Positions 1 to 10,145 of a stretch of 32,000 nt of DNA are shown here, one piece after another; positions within the stretch are counted from its first letter, which is position 1, and every line of letters starts with the position of its first letter. A model generated the notes under the pieces. The model worked only from the letters and a program-made list of their open reading frames with translations. It did no database searches and had not been told where the DNA came from. The stretch comes from Candidatus Brocadia sp. (lineage in GTDB: Bacteria > Planctomycetota > Brocadiia > Brocadiales > Brocadiaceae), in assembly GCA_021650915.1 (NCBI GenBank), contig CP091279.1:120001-152000 (forward strand), in the 5' to 3' direction. A program made the position numbers and the translations under genes.

Positions 1-620
1 GCAATCGAAAAGCCCTCACGCGCGATGACCTGCTCATGCATATTGGCGCGTTAAAGAAAGAAGCCGGACGAGACTACAGACTGGTCACGATCTCCATTCC
101 CAAACCGCAGGAACCGGTCAATGAGAATACGTTCCGGTTCAGTTTGGATCGGGAACGCCTGAGGCAGGCGTATCGGCGCGAGGGGCGTTATTTGCTTCGT
201 TCCAACATGCAGGCCACCGCGCCAGAAACCGTCTGGGAAAATTATTTGCTGTTGACACGGATAGAACAGGCATTTAAGGACTTGAAGGGGTCTCTTTCCG
301 TCCGCCCCCTATGGCATCAATTGGAACGGAGAATTGAAGCCCATATCTTTGTTTCCTTTTTGGCTTTTTGTCTCCACACGACACTGCGCAATCTTGCGCG
401 GGGGAGGGCCGGAGGGCTGACGTCTGAAGCGATTTTGGAAAAACTGTCGGGCATTCAAATGATAGACGTTCATTTACCGACCACGGATGGCCGTCATATT
501 GTCATGAGCCGTTATACCCAGCCGGAGAAGGACGTTTTACTCCTTTTGGCGCAGTTGGGATTAACGCTTCCTGAACAACCGCCGCCCAAGGTTTACGCAT
601 CCGGACAGGTCGGCCTGTAG
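1..620 (+). CDS. IS1634-like DDE transposase, C-terminal part (5' end outside the window)
   Basis: ORF 36-620 matches the C-terminus of the 482 aa ORF at 27110-28558 with a single K/R difference. It carries the Y..L..IEQAFKDLK..L..RP motif typical of IS4/IS1634 transposases. Confidence 0.8.
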   Translation, partial: NRKALTRDDLLMHIGALKKEAGRDYRLVTISIPKPQEPVNENTFRFSLDRERLRQAYRREGRYLLRSNMQATAPETVWENYLLLTRIEQAFKDLKGSLSVRPLWHQLERRIEAHIFVSFLAFCLHTTLRNLARGRAGGLTSEAILEKLSGIQMIDVHLPTTDGRHIVMSRYTQPEKDVLLLLAQLGLTLPEQPPPKVYASGQVGL

Positions 621-699
621 TGCCGACCTTTTTACATGACCCCTTGATTTTCCTGGCTTAGCGGGTTGTATACCCCTCGAATTGCGAAAGTCGGGTTAG
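1..699 (+). mobile_element. IS-A copy A: 3' part of an IS1634/IS4-type insertion sequence, cut by the window edge
   Basis: Near-identical to the 3' parts of the copies at 26405-28637 and 2569-6590 (reverse). It ends with the shared terminal sequence GAATTGCGAAAGTCGGGTTAG at 679-699. A hairpin plus T-run (ggtcggc..gccgacc ttttt, 608-634) overlaps the stop codon. Confidence 0.85.
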
Positions 700-792
700 C
701 CTGTGCAGGCCAAAACCACCGCGGCTATCAGGTTGAAATTCCTCAACGGTAAAATGAGATGCCGCTCTGTGTGAAAGAGCCGGATGGATACT

Positions 793-1509
793 TCATTTCA
801 GGGGTTCGATAATCTCTACCCCTCGTGGCACTTCAAAGATGAACAGCTTGTCAGACATGCCTTTGTTAAGCTTGATATTTTTCAGTTCAATACGATTGAC
901 CACCTCGCCCGCACTTTCGTAGAGTTCTATCCTGACTGGCAGCCAGAACCCTTCCTCTACCCATAATCGGATATCGGAATATTGAGACTTCTTGTCTTTT
1001 GGCAGGAGATCCAGGATATAGAAGCGCTTCTTGCCCTCATCCATTGTTTCAAACAGGGTGATAGTATAATCTTTTTTTACTGAATGCACCGATTCTCCGT
1101 AACCAAATTCAAAAAAACTCAAACCTTGAGAGGTTTGTTTGTCTCTGTCCATGTCATACTTTTCGACTTGCTTTTCTGCCGGATGATACACCCACACATG
1201 CTTCCCATCCACAACGTTTATCTCATTGCGAGGTGGGTAAAATTTCAGGTACAGCCTCTTGGGTTTTTTATAACTCATCTGGCCCTGGAAGACCTCGGTA
1301 GATTCAAGCAGGGTAATGGTGCGGGTAAAGGTCATGTCAGCCTTCAGGGTCTTGAAGGCATTGTTTGCCTTTTCGATCTCGGCAAGGACCTCGTCGAGGT
1401 TTTTCCCTGGAGTAACCTCTTTTGGCAAGCCACTTCTCTGGAAAAAGAAGACGCACGAGATTAAGACTATAAGTAAAATAAACCTGTTTTTATACACTGA
1501 CTCCTCCAT
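793..1509 (-). CDS. LolA-like outer-membrane lipoprotein carrier / lipoprotein-sorting family protein
   Basis: 238 aa with an N-terminal hydrophobic signal. The length and beta-rich pattern (KADMTFTRT..FQGQMSYKKPKRLYLKF..DGKHVWVYHP) recall LolA/LolB-fold proteins. The call is from memory of the family, not from a search. Confidence 0.55.
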   Translation of the reverse strand: MEESVYKNRFILLIVLISCVFFFQRSGLPKEVTPGKNLDEVLAEIEKANNAFKTLKADMTFTRTITLLESTEVFQGQMSYKKPKRLYLKFYPPRNEINVVDGKHVWVYHPAEKQVEKYDMDRDKQTSQGLSFFEFGYGESVHSVKKDYTITLFETMDEGKKRFYILDLLPKDKKSQYSDIRLWVEEGFWLPVRIELYESAGEVVNRIELKNIKLNKGMSDKLFIFEVPRGVEIIEPLK

Positions 1510-2101
1510 TCAAGCCTGTGCTCATTTTCTCAAAATGGGTGATGATATCGATGATTTCCCGGATACTCTCTATTTCGAAATCGGGAACCACTTCGGTTTC
1601 TATATACTCTTTATACCGGAGCAGTACCGTCTTGGTTCCTGCCGCCTTGCCGCATAGAATATCATACTTGTAGTCACCCACCATTAAGAGGTGATCGGTA
1701 TGAATATTCATCTTTTTGCTCAGCAAAAAAATGGGGTCAGGGGCCGGCTTTGGTTTGGTGTCTTCCCGGCTCACGATAAATTCAAAATGAAGACAATGTT
1801 TCTGGAGAACGGTTTCCACTGACTTGCGGGAGTTGCGGGTTAAAAGGGCCTTTTTCAGTTGTTTCTTTGAAATATATTCCAGCATTTCCACAACGCCTTC
1901 ATTGAGTTCTGATTCGCTGGCTGCCTGCGCCTCATAACGCTCTAGGATTTCCAGCGCCCTCTTTCGCTCCTCAGGGGTCGATCGTTCCGCATAATCGATA
2001 ATGAATCCCACTTTGGCGCCGATCTCCCGCTCGATTGCTGCAAAATCGACATTTGGCTTGGTAAGTGTGCCATCCATATCAAAGATAATTCCGCGTAACA
2101 T
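1490..2101 (-). CDS. HAD-superfamily hydrolase (phosphatase-like)
   Basis: 203 aa. Motif I is IIFDMDGTLT, a later T/S motif is LLTRNS, and the C-terminal motif is MVGDYKYDI. Its 3' end overlaps the downstream gene start by 20 nt. Confidence 0.8.
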   Translation of the reverse strand: MLRGIIFDMDGTLTKPNVDFAAIEREIGAKVGFIIDYAERSTPEERKRALEILERYEAQAASESELNEGVVEMLEYISKKQLKKALLTRNSRKSVETVLQKHCLHFEFIVSREDTKPKPAPDPIFLLSKKMNIHTDHLLMVGDYKYDILCGKAAGTKTVLLRYKEYIETEVVPDFEIESIREIIDIITHFEKMSTGLNGGVSV

Positions 2102-3860
2102 ATGTGCCTGCTTTACTCCTTTTCAAAGGTTTTCAGGTAATCTGGTGCAATTGATTCTATCAATAATCTCAAGGCATGCAAGGGAATTTACTCGTAGTGA
2201 AGGAAATATTGCACATTTCGTAATACATTAGTTTTTTAGCAGGGGGCGAAGCATCTGCCCTATTGGGTAAGAGCGCATGTATGTCGGTTATAGCAAATCC
2301 TTCGTCTCTATCCTGGGTGGTAAACATCGCTGTTATCCGGATTTTTCGAAAAACGAAATCGACTTTTGATTTATGGGCGTTCCTGGTATTATCTCCGGCA
2401 TTTTCCCGTTGATTTTCTCCGGAGATACATCATAATGTTAAGGACAGAAGATCTTTCGGCATGTCCGTTTCATTGGCGTTAAACTTAGCCCGAATGAGTC
2501 AGAAGAGACGAATTCGTAGCACAAAATGGTGAATCAGCCCTGTCGGGGCTAATGTGGTCATATTTTTGCTAACCCGACTTTCGCAATTCGAGGGGTATAC
2601 AACCCGCTAAGCCAGGAAAATCAAGGGGTCATGTAAAAAGGTCGGCACTACAGGCCGACCTGCCCGGATACGTAAACCTTGGGCGGCGGTTGTTCAGGAA
2701 GCGTTAATCCCAACTGCGCCAAAAGGAGTAAAACGTCCTTCTCCGGCTGGGTATAACGGCTCATGACAATATGACGGCCATCCGTGGTCGGTAAATGAAC
2801 GTCTATCATTTGAATGCCCGACAGTTTTTCCAAAATCGCTTCAGACGTCAGCCCTCCGGCCCTCCCCCGCGCAAGATTGCGCAGTGTCGTGTGGAGACAA
2901 AAAGCCAAAAAGGAAACAAAGATATGGGCTTCAATTCTCCGTTCCAATTGATGCCATAGGGGGCGGACGGAAAGAGACCCCTTCAAGTCCTTAAATGCCT
3001 GTTCTATCCGCGTCAACAGCAAATAATTTTCCCAGACGGTTTCTGGCGCGGCGGCCTGCATGTTGGAACGAAGCAAATAACGCCCCTCGCGCCGATACGC
3101 CTGCCTCAGGCGTTCCCGATCCAAACTGAACCGGAACGTATTCTCATTGACCGGTTCCTGCGGTTTGGGAATGGAGATCGTGACCAGTCTGTAGTCTCGT
3201 CCGGCTTCTTTCTTTAACGCGCCAATATGCATGAGCAGGTCATCGCGCGTGAGGGCTTTTCGATTGCGAAGTTCGCGCAGGCCCATCCACAAACGTCTGA
3301 GTCTGCGCCTACGCATGGCACGCTCCTTAGACACCCGGTCATGGCTTTCCACGTAAACGTAAAACTCCGATTCCTGCCGAAGAACTTTCACGCGGACACT
3401 CTCCCTCGCCTGCATCCAGGTTTGTTCGAGCAACGGTTTTTCTACTCGCGTCAAATGTCCCTTCGGAGTCCCAACCAAATAATCAATCCCGCGCTCACGC
3501 ATCTTTTCCAACATCTCCTCCGTTGGAATACCGCGATCCATAAGCCAGGTGCGCCGGAATTTCCCATACTGCTTTTCAATCCGATCCAGAAATTCCTCCA
3601 GCGTTGCGGTGTCTCTGGTATTGCCCGGATACACTTCGTAGGCCACGGGAAATCCTTCCGGCGTTAACACCAATGCCACTACCACCTGCACGCAATCCGA
3701 ACGTTTGTCCCGGCTATATCCAAACCGTTTCTTACTCCCCGATCCAGTCGGAGGTGGGTCACTTTCAAAATACGTACTCGTCAAATCATACAGCAGCACA
3801 TCGTACTTCGCCCCAAAGAGTTTTCCCCACTTCTCCTTTAAATAGGCAAACAACTCGTCC

Positions 3861-5868
3861 AGCTGGTAGGAAGGAGGCGAACCGCCTCCAACCCCCAATC
3901 GTCGCCAGATACTTTGGACAACGTGACAAAGTATCCTTTTAAACCATACGGCTTTCCCGTAGTTAGCGACCCCATAGTGTTGCTCTGGAGCAGAGAAAAG
4001 TAAACTATCATGCCTTCGCACGTGCCTTAAGAAATTCTCTTTCAAATGAGAGTAACCCCATCTTAAAGAATCGGTGTACCGGGAAACGTTTGTTGTCAGT
4101 TTTCCATTTTCTCGAAAACTTGAAACTTCTCAGTCTCATGCGTACCCAGCAGTCTAACGAGCGATATACCGTTTGTACATTGCCCAGCCGAAAATAGTTG
4201 ACATGTCCCCTTATGACAGGATTTAATGTATCAATGACGGCTTGCAGGTTGACGCCTTGTGTGCGTTTGGTGATGTCTCTAACGGCGTCCTTGAGTTTGT
4301 CCAGGGATTTCATGCTTACACCCTTGTTCTTGCCCATGAAATTATATCCGAGAAACCGGAAGCCTCGTTTGAAGTTGGTGAGCCTGGTTTTATCCTCGCT
4401 CAGCTTCATTTCAAGTTTCCCTTCGATGATTTCTTTGACGTACTGAAGGGCGGTAGGGAGTTCTTCTTTTGTTTTAGTCATGACAACGAAGTCATCGGCA
4501 TAGCGGACAAATTTATATCCTGCCTTTTCAAGCTCCTTGTCGATGATGTCACCGATAAGGTTTGCAAGCAAGGGAGATATGACGCCTCCTTGCGGAGTGC
4601 CTTGATTTGTCTCATGCACGATGCCGTCCTCCATGACCCCTGCCTTGAGCATGTTCTCGATACTGTTCAAAACCCATCCGTCAGCGATTTTCTCACGCAA
4701 GGAGTTCATGATAAGCTTGTGAGGTATGGTGTCATAGAACGCCTTTATATCGGCGTCCAAAATGTTCCGATACCCTTGCTGCTTATACTGTTCAATCCGT
4801 TTGATAGCATCATGACAGCATCTGTTTGGACGAAATCCAAAGCTGTTATCTGAGAATTCTTTCTCGAATATTGGCTCTATGATTTGTCTGAACGCCTGCT
4901 GTACTACCCTGTCCTTGACAATGGGAATGCCAAGAGGTCTCTTGTCATGCCTGCCTTTGGGAATGTAGCCCCTTAAGACGGGCGCAGGGTTGTATATGGC
5001 GGTTTTCAGTTCCCTGTGAATAGCTTGTAGATTATTCTCAAGGTCACTTTCAAACTGCTTAATACTTACCCTGTCGAGACCAGCCTTGCCTTTATTCTTC
5101 TTTACGTGCCCAAAAGCCGCATAAAGGTTTCTCAGACTGAATACCTTGTCTCTTAAAGAATGATACTTAAGCATCTCCCGATATGTTCCTTTTGATTGAT
5201 TCCGGATAATAGACTTGTCAATCGTGTTTCCTGAGTCGAGATTCCTCCTGACAGAGGCAAAACAAGAGAGTCTCTTGCTACTACTTGCCCATGCAAAGAG
5301 TCTCTTTTCTCATGGAACGTATTCAATCTACCACGTTTCATCAACTCCACTACGGTTATGCCCCTTCATTCCTGGTACACACCAGAAACTATTATGAGCA
5401 CTGCTGACGACTTCAAAGACAGACCTGTGAGAGCCAGTCGTCCGTCACCATCTCATACAGCTTGGATTTCGGATTTCCCTTATACCTCGCTGTTAGGGAA
5501 TTTCTTCCCAAGACGTAAGTCCTCCCCCGGTCATATGAATTACCCCTTTTCCCTTCGTGATGTATGTTCAAACGCATTATCCAGAGATGTTTTCACCAGG
5601 TCTTTTTTTTTTTGACATCTCCAACAAGGACATTGTCAGTGCTTCACTGAGAAAGGGCAGTTGGCACGAACTAACACGCCATACTCATACACCCCAAAAG
5701 GTCGTCTGTACCTCGTAACTCCGTCATACCCCTCACGGGAATACGCTATCCTTCTACGCACACGGATTGCTCCTTTGTATACGCATAGGTACAAACTTCT
5801 CTACGAGGATCTAGGCTCGCAGAGGTGATATTTTCAACCACTTAGGTATCCCATACTTCAAGGCACGC
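3861..5868 (-). mobile_element. Group II intron (~2.0 kb) inserted in the IS-A transposase gene, same orientation
   Basis: Boundaries come from alignment with the uninterrupted copy E, where ..LLEHR|DELFAYL.. is continuous. About 690 nt of RNA lie 5' of the ORF and 147 nt lie 3' of it. Confidence 0.8.
4008..5174 (-). CDS. Group II intron reverse transcriptase/maturase, with no obvious endonuclease domain
   Basis: 388 aa. RT motifs seen are RPLGIPIVKDRVVQ, GFRPNR, DADIKAFYDTI, QGTPQGGVISPLLAN and the catalytic YADDFVV. The maturase X motif is LNPVIRGHVNYF. The C-terminus is short, with no HNH motif seen. Confidence 0.9.
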   Translation of the reverse strand: MLKYHSLRDKVFSLRNLYAAFGHVKKNKGKAGLDRVSIKQFESDLENNLQAIHRELKTAIYNPAPVLRGYIPKGRHDKRPLGIPIVKDRVVQQAFRQIIEPIFEKEFSDNSFGFRPNRCCHDAIKRIEQYKQQGYRNILDADIKAFYDTIPHKLIMNSLREKIADGWVLNSIENMLKAGVMEDGIVHETNQGTPQGGVISPLLANLIGDIIDKELEKAGYKFVRYADDFVVMTKTKEELPTALQYVKEIIEGKLEMKLSEDKTRLTNFKRGFRFLGYNFMGKNKGVSMKSLDKLKDAVRDITKRTQGVNLQAVIDTLNPVIRGHVNYFRLGNVQTVYRSLDCWVRMRLRSFKFSRKWKTDNKRFPVHRFFKMGLLSFEREFLKARAKA

Positions 5869-6625
5869 CGATGCTCAAGCAACAAATCCAAACAACGATA
5901 CGCCTTGTCCTTCTGCGCCAGGGAATAATCCTCTCCCAGCAGATCACCTATTGCGCTCCGCACGTACCACTCACGGTGAAAACGAAATTCGCTTCCCGGA
6001 TCGGTCAACCGGTAACAGACAAGCGCCTTCAGGATATTCAGCCAGCTTGTTCCCTTCCGGCTTGACGGCAGACGCTTTCTCCAAAATGCGTCCAGTTCCA
6101 GCATATCCCATACATGCAATCCCAACCAGCTTGCTCCCCACTCCCGTGGATGGCGCAGCTCTATTTTGTCCAATCTCACCTGAACGGTCTCACCATCCGG
6201 TATCGGCATGGCTTCCCGGTCATCCGGAAACAATGCCAGTTGTCTTGGTTTCGGTTCTTTACCCGACACCGCCTCTATCGTCCGAATCCACCCAGCCCGT
6301 TGATTGTCATTGAGTTCTCCCAAATAGAGAACCTGCCGCTGCACCACCCTTCTTCCGCTGACCCGGTGGTTCTCTACCACACTCCAATAACGGTGGGTTT
6401 TTCCATCTTTCGTTCATGTCTTTTCCCGGAGAAACATGCGAGCATTTTCGCACTTCCTCCTGCATGCGTCAAGAGGGTAGGTCGGCACTACAAGCCGTTT
6501 TGAAAATTCACCCCTTGAATATCACGGGTTTCCTGGCGACTCTTGCCCAAAAATAAACTTTTTTGGGCGCGAATTGCGAAAGTCGGGCTAAAGGCGTTAA
6601 AAGCACTTTGGAAGACTTGGTTTCT

Positions 6626-7488
6626 ATGCTTGAAACATTTCGGTTGGCAAAATTCAGGATTACCGTCTGCGCCAGAGGACAGATACGCTTCCCTGTCTAT
6701 AAAGGCTCTGCCTTCCGTGGCGGCTTTGGATATGCATTTAAACGGATCACCTGTGTGATAAAAGGCAAGGCATGTGACGACTGCCTCCTGAAACAGAAGT
6801 GCATCTACTCATACATCTTCGAGACCCCGCCGCCGGAAGATACCGAAATCTTTCACCTCTACCCAAAGGTTCCGCATCCTTTTGTCATCGAACCGCCGGT
6901 TACGGAAGAACAGTCCTTTGCACCGGGCGACACATTTACCTTTCACCTTATCCTCATCGGCCATGCCATCGATTACCTGCCATATTTTATCTATACCTTC
7001 ACGGAATTGGGAAAACAGGGGATTGGGCAGGGCAGGGGGAAATATGATCTGATACAGGTGGAAGGCATCGGTTTGAAAGATGAGTCCGCCAGGATTTATG
7101 ACAATCAAACCCAGACCCTTATAAACCACTATCCCATTATAACGTGGCAAGACTGCAGTCAAAAAGAGGTTGCTCACAAAGAACATGAAGGTCACGAAGA
7201 AAATACTTGTGGTGGGAAAAGTCCGGTAAACGGTCTTTGCATCCCTACCGCCACGCCCCCCGCATGTGAAGGGAAAAATCCAGTCGGGATTGGGGTCTTC
7301 TCTGAACAAGACGTCTCTGCAATGGGAAGATCTGCAATAACCATCTCCATACAAACCCCGCTCCGCCTGCGCTTTGATGGCCATATAACCGACAAGATCG
7401 AGTTTCACATCCTCATCAGAAACCTCTTGCGCCGTATCTCATCCCTATCCTATTTTCATTGTAACGAAAAATTGGATGTAGACTTTAA
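6626..7488 (+). pseudogene. cas6: cas6-like CRISPR RAMP endoribonuclease gene, 3' end cut by ISL3, with the IS-A end 35 bp upstream
   Basis: MLETFRLAKFRITVCARGQIRFPVYKGSAFRGGFGYAFKR..C..C..C.YSYIFETPPP..PHPFVIEPP..FTFHLILIGHAIDYLPYFIYTFTELGKQGIGQGRGKY matches, from memory, the RAMP Cas6 family seen near type III loci. The reading frame runs into the ISL3 inverted repeat at 7489. Confidence 0.55.
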
Positions 7489-8833
7489 GGTTCTTCTCCC
7501 AATTAGTCAATAAGAATTGAGAAGAAAATCCTTTAAATCATTGAAAAGAGTGGACATTTGGTGTTTCCTATAGATAGATATATACCGTTCTATAAACTAT
7601 TTACAGGAGACCAGCAATGTCCACGTTAAGTATATTACCATATTTTCCTTTTCAGCGGGTAAGAATTACGAAGCAAACTGTTTTTCCTGATGCTGAGATA
7701 TCTCAGCTTACTGCCGTGCCCGATGAACGATTTCGTCCAATATGTCATGCGTGTAGCAGCAAGGCACAGCGCATTTACCGCCATGACAAACGATCTTTGC
7801 GGGATCTGAATCCTGGTTCAGTTCGCGTATGGATAAATTGTTCGTATCGTAAGATTGCCTGTGAGCCGTACAATAGAATCGTAGTTGAAGACTTAGGGTT
7901 TTTTCAACCCTACAGTCGTGTTGCGCATCGTTTAGCAGCGTATATTCACGAATTGTGTAAAGTGTTAACCGTAACCGAAGTTGCAAAACATTTTGGAATT
8001 AACTGGAAAACCGTAAAAACCATCGACAAGTTTTTTCTGGAACGACAATACGCGCAGACAGATTATCAGAATCTTCGCATACTGGCGGTAGACGAAATCT
8101 CTGTTAAGAAGGGACAGCGCTATTTGACCGTTGTTCTGGACTATCTGAGTGGCCGCGTAGTCTGGGTGGGAAAGGAAAGAACAAAAGAAACCCTGGGAAC
8201 CTTCTTTGCGGGTATGACAGAGGAACAAAGGCAGGCGCTTGAGGCCATTGCCATGGATATGTGGGATCCTTATATTCATGCAGTAAAAAAGCACGTGCCT
8301 CATGTTAAGATAGTCTTTGACCTGTTTCATGTGGTTTCAAGTTTTGGTAAAGTTATTGACAAGGTGAGAAATGCTGAATATCAAAAAGCATCGAAGAAGG
8401 ATAAGGACGTCATCAAGGGTTCAAAATATCTTTTGTTAAAAAATAAACGAAATATTCGCAGGAAAAAACACCGAGAACATCTCAAACAGCTCTTGTCGCT
8501 TAATGAAACCATAAATACCATTCTGATTCTTAAAGATAAACTCAAACATATTTGGACCTATACCTCACGGACGTGGGCGAGAAAAGCCATTGATGAATGG
8601 AGCCTCCTGGCGAAAACGCTCAACTATTCTGTCGTGAATACGTTTGCAAATATGCTTACAAAATACCGCTACGGAATCTTGAATCACTGTGATTATAAAA
8701 TTCATACCAGTAAACTCGAAGGGGTTAATAATAAGATCAAAGTTATCAAAAGAAAAGCTTATGGATTTCATGACGAACGGTACTTTTCATTAAAAATTAT
8801 ACAAGCTTTTGCAAACTAATTGGGAGAAGAACC
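7489..8833 (+). mobile_element. ISL3-family insertion sequence, complete (1345 bp)
   Basis: Perfect 18 bp terminal inverted repeats: GGTTCTTCTCCCAATTAG (7489-7506) and CTAATTGGGAGAAGAACC (8816-8833). They enclose one intact transposase ORF. Confidence 0.9.
7617..8819 (+). CDS. ISL3-family transposase
   Basis: 400 aa. N-terminal Cys/His zinc-finger-like region (CHACSSKAQRIYRHDKRSLRDL..C..C), then a DDE core (LAVDEISVKKGQRYLTVV.., DMWDPY, EGVNNKIKVIKRKAYGF) typical of ISL3. Confidence 0.9.
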   Translation: MSTLSILPYFPFQRVRITKQTVFPDAEISQLTAVPDERFRPICHACSSKAQRIYRHDKRSLRDLNPGSVRVWINCSYRKIACEPYNRIVVEDLGFFQPYSRVAHRLAAYIHELCKVLTVTEVAKHFGINWKTVKTIDKFFLERQYAQTDYQNLRILAVDEISVKKGQRYLTVVLDYLSGRVVWVGKERTKETLGTFFAGMTEEQRQALEAIAMDMWDPYIHAVKKHVPHVKIVFDLFHVVSSFGKVIDKVRNAEYQKASKKDKDVIKGSKYLLLKNKRNIRRKKHREHLKQLLSLNETINTILILKDKLKHIWTYTSRTWARKAIDEWSLLAKTLNYSVVNTFANMLTKYRYGILNHCDYKIHTSKLEGVNNKIKVIKRKAYGFHDERYFSLKIIQAFAN

Positions 8834-9188
8834 CCTTTTCAGCGGGTAAGAATTACGCAGCAAACTGTTTTTCCTGATGCTGAGATATCTCAGCTTACTG
8901 CCGTGCCCGATGAACGATTTCACCCAATATGTCATGCGTGTGGCAGCAAGGCACAGCGCATTTACCGTCATGACAAACGATCTTTGCGGGATCTGAATCC
9001 TGGTTCAGTTCGCGTATGGATAAATTGTTCGTATCGTAAGATAGCCTGTGAGTCATGCAATCGAATTGTAGTTGAAGACTTGGGTTTTTTTCAACCCTAC
9101 AGTCGTGTTACGCATCGTTTAGCAGCGTATATTCACGAATTGTGTAAAGTGTTAACCGTAACCGAAGTTGCAAAACATTTTGGAATTA
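8834..9188 (+). pseudogene. Fragment of a second ISL3 copy (equivalent to 7647-8001 of the intact copy)
   Basis: About 95% identical to the 5' third of the intact ISL3. It starts directly after the right inverted repeat of the intact copy and diverges after 9188. ORF 8903-9262 is the truncated transposase N-terminus. Confidence 0.85.
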
Positions 9189-10145
9189 TTAATCGTCTCA
9201 TAATAGAACACACATTAAGCTGTCCGTTTAGCGCTTCAATATTGGAGAAGGGCGTGCCTTGAAGCGGATGTTCACCTCAAGGCAAAAAACAAAAAGGCTG
9301 CGAAAGCCTTAATTTTACTGGCTTATTTGTTGCCTGGTAAGTTTTTTTCTCGTGACTACCCGTAGGTTCCGGCTTGGCAATGCCTCCGGCAGCTTTACCT
9401 GCAATGCCTCTAACAATTCACGTGATTGTTGCCGTGGACGTGGTATCTTCTGGCAATGCGCCTTTTGACCCTTCACCTTCACTTCCACGGAACAAATGGT
9501 AGTCAATTGTTTGAGTCCTTCCTCTACCGTCAGATCAAAACTCTTCCACGCATCACGTAACCTTCGGATTATCAGGTACGCAAGCATTACCACAAACACA
9601 TGCCCTTTTGTACTCTCTTCTTTCCTCACGTATACAGGACGAACCTCAAGATTCACCGTCTTGCACCCCCGAAACACCTTCTCCACCTCTGACAAGTCCT
9701 TGTACCGGTCGTGCACCAGATCGGCATCCGCATCGCCCTCCTTCAGATCGGTCTTGATTACATAACATCCATCAAGATACGATTCTTCCTTGAATGCTTC
9801 TTCATTGTTCTCAATCTTCAGCGCCCCGGCCTCGTCTTTTATCTGCACCCACCCCTCAAGCTTCAGCTTCCCGAGCTTCTCCTTCGCTGCCCCCAGCGCC
9901 TTCAATACCGATGCCTTCGGATGTTCTCTCAAATAACCATTCCTCTTCTCGACATATCTCTCCATACTCTGTAATTTTGACATGCGAGTCTTCGCCATCT
10001 CTTCTGCCCTTATCGGATTGCGTCTCAGAATATACCGAACCCCCTCACTCTTTATCTCGCAGAGCTTTTCTTCAAACAACCCTAACTGCAGAATCCCTTG
10101 TTTTATCAACGACTCGATCTGCGGCTTGGTTATCGCCGTTATGTA

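Larger units (their letters stand above)
2648..6488 (-). pseudogene. IS-A transposase gene, interrupted by a group II intron and by a CGA>TGA nonsense change
   Basis: Exon-like parts are 5869-6488 and 2648-3860. GTG start as in the other copies. TGA at 6414-6416 (minus strand) lies where copies C, D and E read CGA. The intron is in the sense orientation. Confidence 0.8.
2569..6590 (-). mobile_element. IS-A copy B, reverse orientation, carrying a group II intron
   Basis: The terminal sequences CTAACCCGACTTTCGCAATTCG (2569-) and CGAATTGCGAAAGTCGGGCTAA (-6590) form the inverted repeats shared by all copies. The interior is collinear with copy E except for a 2.0 kb insertion. Confidence 0.85.

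Noticed and set aside
2241-2338. Short similarities to the MITE core (GGGGCGAAGCATCTGCCCTATTGGG, about 2241-2270) and to the IS-B end (CTGGGTGGTAAACATCGCTGTTA, about 2312-2338). Also TTAGCCCGA near 2487, which resembles the IS-A end.
   Set aside because: They are too short and need gaps, and no second end or target duplication is present. They may be decayed relics, but this cannot be supported from the sequence alone.
3227-3942. Long ORFs antisense to the IS-A transposase. They recur in every copy: 3227-3667, 3604-3942, 5951-6313, 6114-6503, 13666-14298, 14043-14762, 26493-26930, 27030-27602, 27539-27979, 28758-29195 and 30801-31373.
   Set aside because: They recur only because the IS itself is repeated. 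Their products are low-complexity Pro/Ser/Arg-rich strings with no motifs, and each overlaps a well-supported transposase frame.
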